From the NCBI GenBank assembly GCA_965644315.1, contig CBFFRQ010000111.1:1-50686 (forward strand): a stretch of 50,686 nucleotides of DNA, written 5' to 3'. The notes below the pieces were generated by a model. The model was not told the origin of the DNA. It made no database searches and saw only the letters and a list, made by a program, of their open reading frames with translations. Below, one piece after another: positions 23,201 to 33,817 of the stretch. The position numbers were made by a program, and so were the translations under genes. Within the stretch, counting starts at the first letter, position 1, and each line of letters begins with the position of its first letter. The DNA is from Caecitellus pseudoparvulus. Lineage: Eukaryota > Protista > Bigyra: Bicosoecida.

Positions 23201-23668
23201 GGACAGGAAGCAGGACACCGCCCCCCCCTCACGCTCTGCACAGGCGTGAGGCTGCGGTACCCCTCTGGCAACACCAACTGGCTGTTGCTGCCGGGACCAG
23301 CCGACGTCATGTGCATCATCCACTGGGACGGCAAGCGGTTCATGGAGCGGACACTGGTGGACGTGGCCGTGGCCCTGGCGCCACTGAGGGACGATGCACG
23401 CAGTTACCTGCCCGATGAGACCCTCCTCCTGTGTCGTCACCTGAAGCTGGGCCCTTCTGAGGTGCAGGGGTGGGCGCGGGTAAACCACTCGCCGGAGGAC
23501 GAGGCGCAACCGTGGGTGCTCGTGACAGGGGGTGTGGTGGCTGGCCCGGCCGTTGTGCACGAAGCGCCTTGGATCGTGAAGGGCAAGCCAGGGGAAGAGT
23601 CCTACCGCTTCCACTGGGCGCTGCAGGGCCCCGTCGGCAAGCAGCGCAGCGCCAGCGAGGACGCGTGA
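20249..23668 (+). CDS. Plavaka/EnSpm-like DDE transposase with N-terminal Zn finger
   Basis: 1139 aa. N-terminal CxxC...H...C finger. Motifs FMDE (first D), ICADTAER (second D), PADRLH (D.LH), YPKLH and YG.LEAVDTDNGETLH (E..H) follow the CACTA/Plavaka transposase motif order. The ORF lies between the TIRs. Confidence 0.82.
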   Translation: MHSCTVCKRSFDSARGLSVHFTSKCAHTLRAQLREQGRVWSENTRKRLRDGSTRTLETGKDAVASLVADFLEHRPEGAGLALALPPGRPQDSDYESEESDIDGVDELWADATEAPPAGLAASGGHAQAGEAAGLATSGGHAQAGEAAGEAGEPAALPADTHSAIEVLRARVGLLSEELETLRKRNFELEAILTTDASAASVFKVQHDLWSKCMADTASCSTCQAKVRARKPMQPQRKMKRLVETLKGLPGICMPGVVHANMPAGVCDRRGVSRATWPIHGVKLKDWLVHSLARIPVECLPARRATRGVPDPMHTSGIDTAMGTALASKLEAAFADCDAVARAAFQRHRPGLSDDETPALAAPFTERGRFQAHTMAGAQEPQDGTVSCFAESPCAHAASQTALQHRALPFVMNVFMDEAHPFRQPKTAITPLSVRPMQVSPREARSQGSAAVLAFMPLKDMDFKGTAEEAKRAKYKAHQAQLRAVLLEPLAEIHAQGGLWIPVAADQVSALRDLGVDVLEPGAGVDGPSFVARVWPLIGAICADTAERWMLLNAVHGRPPRCSCALAWRSKGQQELAEAVPLDMAETVAALGTCTRRSASFHADALRDVASADPVVKARAEADLATIRWKDVEDICEIERHATLFVGGNGYEACPADRLHVLGSGVVGDRTWGALEQGMLAPGLGAQDDRQATFMHRMQQPHPRRIDGVQVVGAGRETAVKLSAGNAVTAEDKLGLTRWQTLMMGTDDAVVGPPKVRQLLNALHGAVGVVLRFTYGRAVAGRGDACRLAQWMARVATVFQLVSNELRSLGRKALPLTYPKLHIALQLALDMHWYGTLEAVDTDNGETLHTRINRVLRKIHRGKHGVLSKLAERVCLVQAMSCAPYSPPPGYTPSPETWYNLVHSRSLDVGACAGAAADTGAEVPLNLVGTAMRPIVTRFRSADEPLTFPQSFVAGASALAWLRERRVGPSGKLYRVQLKPDDVVDGQEAGHRPPLTLCTGVRLRYPSGNTNWLLLPGPADVMCIIHWDGKRFMERTLVDVAVALAPLRDDARSYLPDETLLLCRHLKLGPSEVQGWARVNHSPEDEAQPWVLVTGGVVAGPAVVHEAPWIVKGKPGEESYRFHWALQGPVGKQRSASEDA

Positions 23669-24229
23669 GACGACTTCGCCACCCAGCCGAAGGCAGCCCA
23701 AGACAGCCCGTCAAGGGGGGTGCTGTATCGGACAAAAGAATCATGCACGGCGCTTAAAATGTAATGCAAAGGCGGTAAATCGCCATCATGCGCGCGTGCG
23801 CTGTGGTGCAAGGGAGCTGGCGCAGGAAGTTGGCGGCCCGGGTGTGGAGGCGGAATTTGGGGCCCAAAATAGCCCACTTTGCGGCGGTCTCCTGCGCCAT
23901 CCAGAGCGGAGCAGCGCGTGCCAATGCGACCACCGGCATGCACACATCGAACGTAGTGCCCTCTGCGATTTTTGCCAAAATGACCTCTGCACCAGGCCAA
24001 AGTGACGGGGCTGTGCCAGGGCCAGCCCCGCCTGCGCCACCACGCCTGACCACCCCCATCCCTTTGCGCGGCTCACTGCGGCACCCCCGGCACGAAACGA
24101 AATCGACACAAAGTAGACATGAAGCAACGCCATTCCCTTCCGTTTTAGACTTCTGAAGCGCCCGGAGGGCGAAACTTGTCAAAGAGCCCGACCCGCCGAG
24201 TTGCAACTCGGCGGGTTGGCGCTCTCAAA

Positions 24230-24244
24230 AAATTCTCATGACTG
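24230..24244 (-). repeat. Right terminal inverted repeat
   Basis: AAATTCTCATGACTG, followed by CA (the TSD). Confidence 0.9.
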
Positions 24245-24605
24245 CAGGCAACCGATTTCGGCACTCGATGGAAAGGAAGGCGAAGCTAGAGGCCAGCAAC
24301 AGCCCGGACCATAGTGAAGTTTCATATTTTATTATGTAGACATTCGTGTCCTTTGCTCAAGCGTTGGTGTTTGTCTGATAGGTGAGAGGAACAGAAAAAT
24401 GGGGGCGGGAAGGTGGGCCTTGAATTGGCCAGAAAGTTCATTGAAAGAGACTGTTTGAGGAGCACAACAGTCAACAAGTGCAATCTAAGTTCCCTTTCAA
24501 GGTGCAACAGTGACTCTGGAGTGTCTTTGATGAAGGCGTGGTGCTTGCCCCGCCAGATCCAGCTGGCACCACGCATGCCACGCTCAGTTCATTGGGGCAT
24601 CTTCA

Positions 24606-26339
24606 TCATGCTTGCCCTGCGCCAGGAGATCTCATCAAGAGCATGGCTCGCCGCCCATGCCGAGTGCTAGTGCCAGCCCACACAGCATCACGCGCAGCTT
24701 GCGCAACAGACTCTCCTTCTTGAAGCCAGGCTTGAGCTGGGATGGCCCGGTGACCAGTTAGGCCCAGTAGCTCACACGCAACGGCTGTATGGCTCTTGTA
24801 GCATGCCTCACGGAAAGCAGCCCCAGAACCACCCCATGCCACAGCGTGCACATCCACTTCCCGCGCCCCAGTCAGGCCCAACAGCTCACGCACGATGTCT
24901 GTGTGGCCATTGCCGCATGCCAATCTGAAGGCGCCCTCAGGTTCATCCTCATCCGCCACATGAACGTCCACTTCCCGTGCCCCAGTCAAGTCCAGCAGCT
25001 CACGCACGGTGTCTGTGTGGCCCATGGCGCACGCCCACCGGAAGGCGGCCTCAGGTCCAACCCCATCCGCCGCGTGCACATCCACTTCCCGCGCCCCAGT
25101 CAGGGCCAGCAGCTCACGCACGATGTGTGTGTGGCCATTGCGGCATGCCAGTCGGAAGCCAGCCTCAGGTCCATCCTCATCCGCCGCGTGCACATCCACC
25201 TCCCAATCCCCCGTGAGGCCCAGCAGCTCGCGCACGATGTCTGTGTGGCCATTGCGGCATGCCCCTCGGAAGGCGGCCTCAGGTCCATTCCTATCCGCCG
25301 CGTGCACATCCACTGTCCGTGCCCCGCTCAGACCCAGCAGCTCATGCACAATGTCTGTGCGGCCATTCTCGCATGCGCCTCGAAAGGCACACTCAAGTCC
25401 ATACCTATCGGCCACGTGCACATCCACTTCCCGCGCACCAGTCAGGGCCAGCAGCTCACGTACGATGCCTATGTGGCCACTGATGCATGCCTCTCGGAAG
25501 GCTATCTCGGGCCCACGCCAATCCGCCGCGTGAACATCCACTTCCCGTGGCACAGTAAGGGCCAGCAGCTCACTCACAATACCTGTGTGTCCTCTGCGGC
25601 ATGCCCGTCGGAAGGGGGCCTCAGGTCCGTCCTGATCACTCGCGTGCACATCCACTTCCCGCGCCCCTCTAAGAGCCAGTAACTCACGCACGATGCCTGA
25701 ATGGCCATTCTCGCATGCGTACCGGAAGGCGGCCTCAGGTCCAACCCCATCTGCTGCATGCACATCCACTTCCCGCGCCCCAGTCAGGGCCAGAAGCTCC
25801 CGTACAATGTCTGTGTGGCCATTGAAGCATGCACGTCGGAAGGCGGCCTCAGGTCTACCCTGAGCCTCTGCGTGTACATTCACTTCCCGCGCCCCAGTCA
25901 GGCGCAGCAGCTCAAGCACGACGTCTACATGGCCATTCTCGCATGCGCCTCGAAAGGCACACTCAGGTCCATCCCAACCCCCCGCGTGCACATCCACCTT
26001 GTGAGCCCCAGTGAAAGCCAGCAGCTCATGCACAATGTCGATTCGGCCATTGGCGCATGCCTCTCGGAAGGCAGCCTCAGGTCCAAGCTGATCCGCCGCG
26101 TGCACGTCCACCGCGAGGCCCCCTGTCAGAGAAATTAATCCACGCAACAGTTTCAGATGTCCTTTTCTGCACGCAACCTGAAACCCAACCGTTGTGTCTG
26201 AACTCGACAGTGCCACAGAAATAGTGGCAGTCCGAGTGCTGGCTCGCTGCAACATGTGCCACAGCTGAGCTGCATCGTCCTCTATACAAGCGGCCTTCCA
26301 CTGGGTCTTGAGGTGTGCTGGGTCATCAAAGGTTGCCAT
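24606..26339 (-). CDS. Ankyrin-like repeat protein with 12 tandem 38-aa repeats
   Basis: Unit VDVHAADxxGPEAAFRxACxNGHTDIVRELLALTGARE with 114-bp periodicity from ~26103 to ~24849. Likely ATG at 26339 (MATFDDP). Confidence 0.85.
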   Translation of the reverse strand: MATFDDPAHLKTQWKAACIEDDAAQLWHMLQRASTRTATISVALSSSDTTVGFQVACRKGHLKLLRGLISLTGGLAVDVHAADQLGPEAAFREACANGRIDIVHELLAFTGAHKVDVHAGGWDGPECAFRGACENGHVDVVLELLRLTGAREVNVHAEAQGRPEAAFRRACFNGHTDIVRELLALTGAREVDVHAADGVGPEAAFRYACENGHSGIVRELLALRGAREVDVHASDQDGPEAPFRRACRRGHTGIVSELLALTVPREVDVHAADWRGPEIAFREACISGHIGIVRELLALTGAREVDVHVADRYGLECAFRGACENGRTDIVHELLGLSGARTVDVHAADRNGPEAAFRGACRNGHTDIVRELLGLTGDWEVDVHAADEDGPEAGFRLACRNGHTHIVRELLALTGAREVDVHAADGVGPEAAFRWACAMGHTDTVRELLDLTGAREVDVHVADEDEPEGAFRLACGNGHTDIVRELLGLTGAREVDVHAVAWGGSGAAFREACYKSHTAVACELLGLTGHRAIPAQAWLQEGESVAQAARDAVWAGTSTRHGRRAMLLMRSPGAGQA

Positions 26340-26904
26340 GGTGAGTGACGCCAGAATGCCAGTGGCCGACACTGTTGCTGGAGCCACTGGCTGAGATAAG
26401 CTCGTGCAAGTAAGACTCCGTGATATCGTGCAGAGGAGCAGCAGGTGCTCCAAAGGGTAAGACACGGAAAAATGATTGTGTTAAGCCTGTGGACGTGCAG
26501 ATGCAGCCGCTGTATCGGTTCTTTTGCGTAGAATGCGACAGGGCTACTCGTGCGGAAATCGCAACGGCAACGGACACGCCAACGCAGCACGCACCACCTC
26601 CTGGTACGGTACAGGGACAGACAGGCTCACGCTAACAGCGAGTGAATGATGTTGCCTGTTTAGTATCAAGTTGTGGTTTCGTCGCCCATTGGATGGCTCG
26701 GTTTGAGTTGTGCCTAGGCAGAGAGTGTGTCCAGCGTAGCTTCGTGCCTGAAGCTGGCGCATGGCAAAGGCCAAACCGACGGGGACATGCAGCGAAGAGA
26801 AAAGCCAGAAGCGCGCATGGAGAGGCATGGCCTGCGACACAAGCCAGTGTTGAGCAAGTCTCCAGCAGCGAAGTAGCACGCCACACCTTAGGAAAGCCGT
26901 TTTC

Positions 26905-29364
26905 TTGCTCAAAGAACGCCACGAGAAAGACCACTGCACGGAATTCGACAGCTACGGCGAAAGCTTCACATCTCACAGGAGCACTTCTAGGCGACTCTCG
27001 ATTCACCAAGCTGCCTCCAGTCCCACAGCAGCAGTTTGCCCCATGGCCTCGCCCGGCATGGCGTCGACTTTGTCCTTGCCAGAGCAGCCTCCCACACGCA
27101 GGCTGCGCCCGATGTCGTTGACTACAATGTCACACCCTCTGACACGTTTCACTGTGCACATTGTGCACGCCTTTCACCTGTGGGAGTGCTCCGACATGCA
27201 CTGCCGGGAAGGCATGGTCAAGGTGCAGGCAGCCTTCTGGCGAGACCTCATGCGGCCCTTCGAGCACAAGGTTGACTCCTGGAAAGAGACGCTGTTCAGA
27301 CAGCACTCCCTTCTCAGTGGATGCCCTGGAGTGCAACACGCACTGGCCGAAGCCGTGCGCCGAGCCAGGAAGCACGTCGTGGGCAGGGTGCGATCCAGCA
27401 CAAGCGTGAAGCCTCTGCGGGATGCCATCCTGCACATCTACCATGCCGCTGTCAAGCCGCATTTGGAGGGGTATGTACAGGCCCTTGCACGCTTCACTGA
27501 CACCATTAGCGTGGACTGGACCTTTGCATCTTCGACCCGGGTGCACGTCGCATGCCCGCAGCCACTGCGCAGGGCCACAGCTGTAACAGAGAGCCCACTG
27601 CACAAACTGGGCAAGGAAGAGCCTGAAGATTGGCCGGATGGAGATGAAGGCAGAAACAGCGACAGCGACGAGGATGCAGAGGAGGAAGCCTGTGTGGGCA
27701 GCGGAAGCCGGGCCACGCGGGTCACAGGGAAGACTCGGTGGCGAGTGGCTCCCAGCATAGCCACGGTTGTGGGCCGGTACGGCTTCATCCTGCAGCCTCC
27801 AATGGTCACGGGCCACGAGAGTGGGGTAAACCTGGCCCGGGTCCTGGACTTTGTACTGCGCAGGCTGAAGGGTCACCTGCGGGAGCGCGGCTCGGCGGCG
27901 TCCCACCCCAGCGTTATCACAGTGGCCAACTTCAAGGCCCACCAGCACGCCCTGCAGACAATCATCGACGTGCACTCCCCACTGCTGCGGAAAGGCGTGG
28001 TGCGGTTCGCCGTGGACCCGTGGTACTTCGCCAGCCGTGTGGCCAAGGCCGTTCCCAAGCGAGCCATGCACCAAGATGGTCCACTCTTCATCAAGCTGTG
28101 GTTCGACACAGTGGAGTGGATCCGAACACCTGCACTGGGTGTGGTATCCCCCAAGGTGCTTCTGCCAGAGGAAGCCATTGCCCGGCAACGAGCCGCCTTG
28201 GACTCGGCTGAGCCCGCCGACATCCAGGCCTTCATCGACTGCGCCTGCCGCATCTTGCAACGCAAGACCCTGTCAGACTCTCAGAAGGCACGAGTCCGTG
28301 CATCTCTCACAGTATATGGGTGGGCTCTGTACGGGCCAGGGCGTGCAGTTGGGGCTGCTGCAAGGCTTCGCAAGCACGTCCCCCTCGCTCTGACTGCTGC
28401 CTGTGCCACTTCAGCAGGCATGCTGCTCCGTCGGTGCCGAGGAGAGCACTTCACGCCAACTCAAGCTGTGGTGTACTCGAGCAGGGTGCCCATCCTTCCC
28501 CTCCAAATTGGACCCTGCACTCACAAGCAGGCCTCAGCGGCACTGGAGCGCACTGCAAGCCTGTTTCGCCAGGTGTGGGTGCCTCCATCGCAGGGTGGCG
28601 CAGGCACAGCCGTGCAAGGCCGCATCACACGCGGCATCCTGGATCCCAAGTCCTCCTTCCCCGCCACTCGCGCTCAGGTCAAGGCGTCATTGCAGAACGA
28701 TGTGGGGCTCCAAGGCTTGCTGGGTTGGCGTGACGCGGTGCACGGCGCCACCACCACCGGGGGCAATGAGAGCCTGCACCCAAGCATGCGGCACATGGTG
28801 TCAGCAGGCACATCCACTCGCCTGGATGTTGCCGAGATGAACCTCACGCTGTACTGGCTGGAGAAGAACCAGGCCACTGCTGCCAAGCTGCTGTCCAAGT
28901 ATGCAAGCGATGAATGCTGCCAGGAAGAGACACACAGCAAGTCTCAAGACGTTGCGGCTACTCTGGAGTTTTGCTCTGTACTGACTGGTGATGTGGGTGG
29001 CTTTGCTCGAGGTACCCTGACAGCAGCCTTGCAGAGCCGCCCGGATGCGCCTGCCCCTCCCACATTCGAGGAAGCCAAGGTCTCTGGCCTGCCCCTGTAC
29101 CACAAGGCCACCTCGTCTGTCACGCCAGAGCTGGACACTCACCGACAGCTCGTGGGGGAGCGGGAGACGCTAGACGCCAAGACTGCCAAGTACAGCCCCA
29201 ACAAAGCAGCGTCCCGCATCGCCTCCGCTGCTCACGCCACTGTCGCCAAAGTCGAGCGAGTGGCCAGCTTGGTGCAGCGAGAAGAAGAGCAGTTTGCCCA
29301 GTGGGAGAAGCAAGCAAGGCAGCATGGTCTCAGCCCGCCGAGAGCCAAGCGTACACGCCGCTAA
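26905..29364 (+). pseudogene. Degenerate Zisupton/KDZ-like transposase
   Basis: Motif order ISVDWTF / ATVVGRYGFIL...VTGHES / VITVAN / AVDPWYFASR / TTGGNESLH parallels the Zisupton-type DxT, NExGQ, xD, DxWHF.R and GT..E..H motifs. The second acidic position reads A and the DxxH His reads Y. No clear ATG or element ends were found. Confidence 0.55.
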
Positions 29365-29887
29365 GGGCTGGAGCAGGGCCACCGGCTTTCCGGCTGGGTG
29401 AAGGGAGTTTCATCCACACACAGGCCACCCAGGACACTAAGGCTAGACGGGTGGTCTGAGAGACGTCGGAAGCAAATCAAATCATTATCAAATCATCCGC
29501 ATGCTAAATTTCTTCAGGTCCCCTAGATTCGGCAGAGTGCAGCCAAAGACTGAGATATCGCGGGCCTCGTGGATTGTCGTGGTGAAGCAAACCGAAACGC
29601 CACACCAGCCTTGTGCAGCGCTCTCTGGCGGGAACAGCACAACCTCCAGGCATGTATTGGACATGATGGCTTCAAGAGATTCCGTTGAATTATGCTCAGC
29701 TCGCGAAATCGGCAAAATCCCCTGAAAATGAGGCAAAATATCCACTGACGGCTTGCAGCGTGTCACGCCAACGATGTCCGATAAAACCTGCATTCGCAGC
29801 GCGACACAGCTCCTGCTGATGTATGTGGGCACTGCCACACAGGCTAGTGCGACTGGCCTTGGTTTGCTGAGTGGGACCTAGTACCAC

Positions 29888-32800
29888 GTGACACTCAACC
29901 TGTATGACAAGGACGGAGCGCTGCTGGGCGCGGAACACACCTCCTTCACCCCGGACGATACAGCGGCGACCTTTGACGGCACTGCGACAGTGACGGACGG
30001 GCAGCTCCTAGATGGCGTGTACTATGCGCCCTCAACCAGCGCCGTGGCCTTGTCCTGGGCGCCGTTCCTGGACGCAGAGGGCGATGTTGCCTACTCGGCC
30101 GCCCTGGGCACGTCGCCTTACGGGGAGCAGGTGAAGGGGTATTCCTCACCCCTCGCCAGCCCAGCTGCCACCTGAAGTGGCCTGCACCTGGTCACTGGCA
30201 CGAAGTACTACATGCCCGTGATTGGCACAAACGAAGCTGGTCTGCGCACAGTGTTCTCCAAGCCCGTCGTCGTGGACATCACCCCGCCAGACATCGGCAG
30301 CGTGCACTTCCTGGGCGCCACTGGCAGGAAGATGTCCCTGCTGAGCGATGCGGCACAGGACACATGTGGGTGGGAAGGCGTGTAGGATGCCCAGGCACCA
30401 GTGGTGGGCATTGAAGTGGAGCTGGTGGAGCTGACGGTGGGCGGGACCGGCTCCATCGTGCCGCTGTCCAATGTGCTGTCCCTGGGACCAGGTGAGAGCC
30501 AAGCCACCTTCACCCCTGGGAGCGATGGCGTGCCGGATCCCCTCCCTGAAGGCAGCTTCTTGGCCTGCAGTGTGAAAGCGATCAACGCAGCAGGCCTTGC
30601 ACGTCGAGCTGTGGGACGCCCTGCACCCTTGGTCACAAGTGGGCCCACTGCCGGCATCGTGCGCGATGGAGCTCGACTGGGCGGCGACGTGGACTTTACG
30701 ACCGACTGTAGCCAGGCGGCTGCGAGCTGGGACTTTTTCGTGAACCCCTCTGGCATCGCAACGTACGAAGTTGCGCTGGGCAGCGCGGCGGGGCTGGACG
30801 ACGTCATGCCCTGGTCAGTTGTGGCGCAACGCACGGCATAGGCTGCGACAGGCCTCGAGTTGACGCCTGGGAGCACTGTGTACACCAGTGTGCGCGCCAC
30901 AAACATGGCGGGACACGCCAGCGTCGCCTCCTCGGACGGCTTTGCCTGTGACGAGACGCTGCCTTCCCTGGCTGCCACAAGTGTACAGACCCTGCTGCTG
31001 ACGGCGTTTGGGATCGGGGATCCTGCGGGGCGCAGCACGTGCGCTTGTGCCGACCCCAATGCTGCATTTGTGCCCGACTTCACGCATGGCGGCGGAGTGT
31101 GCCAGTGTGGGCCAGGCTTCGTGTTGAACGCGACGAGCAAGTCTTGCCAACCCTGCGCCGTGCCCGCCTGCAAGCAAGTGCTGCGCAACGACCCCGCCCT
31201 CTGTGATGCCTGCAGCTCGGGAGCCACTGGGATTGTCGCCCCCAGCCCGCCAGTGTCTTCAGATGCCCCGACCCTGCAGTGTGCTCCAGGCACCTACCGA
31301 GAGGCGGCCAGTGGCGCCTGTGCCCCCTGCCCCCTCGGCACGTACAAGGCCACGCACGGCGCGTCCATCACTGAGTGCACTCCTTGCGCACCCTCTATGT
31401 CTGGCGCAGCAGGCGCGTTTGCGCTGACGTTTGATGCCGCTGCAGATGCCGAGAGCGGCCTGGCTGTGGTGGTCGTGTCAGCAGGCACTTCCCAAGGCGG
31501 CACACAGCTTGCGCCCCCTGCCGCTGTGCCTCTGGACTCCCTGAACACATTCCTGGCCTCCAACATTGTGCATGGACAGCGGGCCTACTTCTCCCTCACT
31601 GTCGTAAATGGCGCTGGCGAGTACACCACCAGCACCGCTCGCACGGGTGCAGTGGACGCCACTGGCCCAACACTGCTGCGGGTGCGGGATTCGCTCCGAG
31701 CGGCCCTGGGTGGCTCTGAGCTTGCTGCATCCTTCGACGCAGCAGCCACGGCGTCTGCGGACTTCCTGGCGCTGGCGTGGGAGGGTGCAGCGGATGCAGA
31801 ATCTGGCCTAGCGAACGTGCAGTGCATGTGGGGCACCAGCCCCGGTGCGGAGGACGTCGTGCCAGCGTCCCAGGCAGTCGTGCATGCGCTGCCTGGCTTC
31901 GCCTCAGGCACATGTTCTGCTGTGCCTGGATTTGCACCGGATCAGGGCGACGTGCGGTTCGGAACAGTCGTGTTGACCAGCGCCGCTGGCCTGCAGACGT
32001 ACGCCTTCACAGACGGCATCGTGGTGGACACGGCAGCACCTGTGCCCACTTGGCTGTCAGTGTCTGCTGCCTGCAGGGGTCATGCGGGGTCCACTCCGCC
32101 CGTCGAGAATCTGTTCCTGCCAGTCGGGGCGCCAGTGCACGCCTGTTGGCGGTGGCATGACGCCGTCGCGACTGCGGGCTCCCTGACGTACGAGGTGTCT
32201 GTTGTGAATGCCTCTTCTGGAGCTGCAGTGCTGCCGTTGACTGCCCTGGGCACGGCACAAGAGGTGTCGCTGCTTCCGCCTGCAGCTGTGCTGGACGCAA
32301 ACGCCTCACTGTCCGCCACAACCCTGTCCTTGCCCCTGGGCGGCGGGCAGGAAGCGTTGACCTTGTCGGTGAAGGCGACGGACAGCGCGGGGAATGTAGC
32401 CAACACGAGCAGTGGGAGCATTTTCATCGGGCAAGAGGCCGCCTTCTCAGGCTCCATTGCACCCGTGCCGCTGACTTCCAGCGGCAGTGCAGGCGAGCTG
32501 TCTTGCTTCCAGCAGAACACAACTGCCGTGGCTGTGCAGTGGTCTGTGGCTTCCCAGGCTCCTGTACACTCTTTGCAGATCTCTTTCGGCTCCCATCCAG
32601 GTTTGCGAGACTTGCAAGGCGCACAGCCAGTGCCGCTGGACCAGCTGCAGGCTCTGCAAGGCGAGCTGCTGGTGTCTGGCCTGAATCTGGCCAGTGGCTC
32701 ACAGGTGTTTCCCAACCTCCACGTGCAGTCCAGTGACGGCTGGACGAGTGTCGCCCCCAGCGTGGGTGTGACCGTGGATGCAGTTTGGAGTGCGCCAGTG

Positions 32801-33135
32801 CAGCAGCCGCCGTCCATGGCGCTTGCGGCGAGCAGCACCCTGGACGCAGATGGCGTTTGGCAGGGCACAGTGCACAATCAGCGGGCTCTGGCCCGTGCTC
32901 TGCACTCTCTTGCCGCATCTGTCCTTGGAGAAGCGCCTTCTACCGTGGAAGGGCAGCTGGCATTCGTGCCAGCCCAAGGCACCCAGCTCAGCGTGGGGTC
33001 CTTTGGCCGCTGCGGCGTTCACGCAGGCCACAGGCCTCACCTTCACAGCTGATTCGCCATGGGACGCCCAGTCAGGGATCGCAGGCGCCGCCTGGGCACA
33101 GTACACTGGGATACCTACCGCACGTGCATCGTGTA
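29888..33135 (+). pseudogene. Disrupted fragment of a large FN3-like/Cys-rich extracellular protein gene
   Basis: ORFs 29888, 30401 and 30860 share one frame broken by TGA 30173, TAG 30383 and TAG 30839, with a probable frameshift near 33000. Repeated W..F.D.ESG....GTSPG..D beta modules and ephrin-receptor-like CxxCPxGTYK Cys repeats are present. No start codon or signal peptide. Confidence 0.75.
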
Positions 33136-33817
33136 GGAGGCAGATTATTTTGAGCTGTGGTCTCGTGATCGTGCTGCATTCACAGCTTGCCTGGGAATCT
33201 ATGCGCGGCGAGGTACACCTTGCTCGCGGGAAGCCCACAGCGCGTGGTATGAAGGCCAGCTGCACAGTGTAGTGACTGTTGAAGGTCACACTTGAAAGAC
33301 TTTGCACATCATATTGATGGATTCGTGGATGGTCATAGTGCTGTTTGCCACTGGGTCGCTCTGGAGGGTGAGGTGCGATCCTACTTTGGCTCTGTACGGG
33401 AGGTGGGAGGAGCGGGCAACCACAAACTGGTTTCTGGACCTTCATGGAGTGCTTTGATAGATTTGTCTGCTGGTGCAACCGCCGCTGGTACCTCTTTGTT
33501 CTGTCGTTGATACTCCGGTTTCAGCAGCGTGAGACATGTTTTTGCACCATTCCCGTAACTCCTAAGACAGCCTTTCACATGACTTGCCGAAGCTGTGTAA
33601 CGGTGCCTTGAAGTCAAAAGCATCACAACCGCGTGAACGCGTCACCAAGTGGAAATGTGCTGTTCATCCGGCACATTGTGTTCAAGCTTGCCTTATTTCG
33701 GAGCTTCGTGCAGCTCTGCGGTGTGCGGACTTGCGCACACTTCCGCACCAGCGCAGCCTTGAGTAGTGAGCGTGCATAGTCGGCATCTGCAGCAACTGCG
33801 CACCAAGGCAAGGTGGC

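Larger units (their letters stand above)
15939..24244. mobile_element. Full-length CMC-superfamily (Plavaka/EnSpm-like) cut-and-paste DNA transposon, 8.3 kb
   Basis: Perfect 15-bp TIRs CAGTCATGAGAATTT (15939-15953) and AAATTCTCATGACTG (24230-24244), a 2-bp direct flank CA/CA, subterminal CAACTCGGCGGG motifs at both ends, and an internal transposase ORF. Confidence 0.88.

Noticed and set aside
24789-26138. 114-bp periodic array as a CRISPR array; plus-strand His-rich ORFs
   Set aside because: It is a coding repeat on the minus strand with no repeat-spacer structure, and the plus-strand ORFs are antisense shadows.
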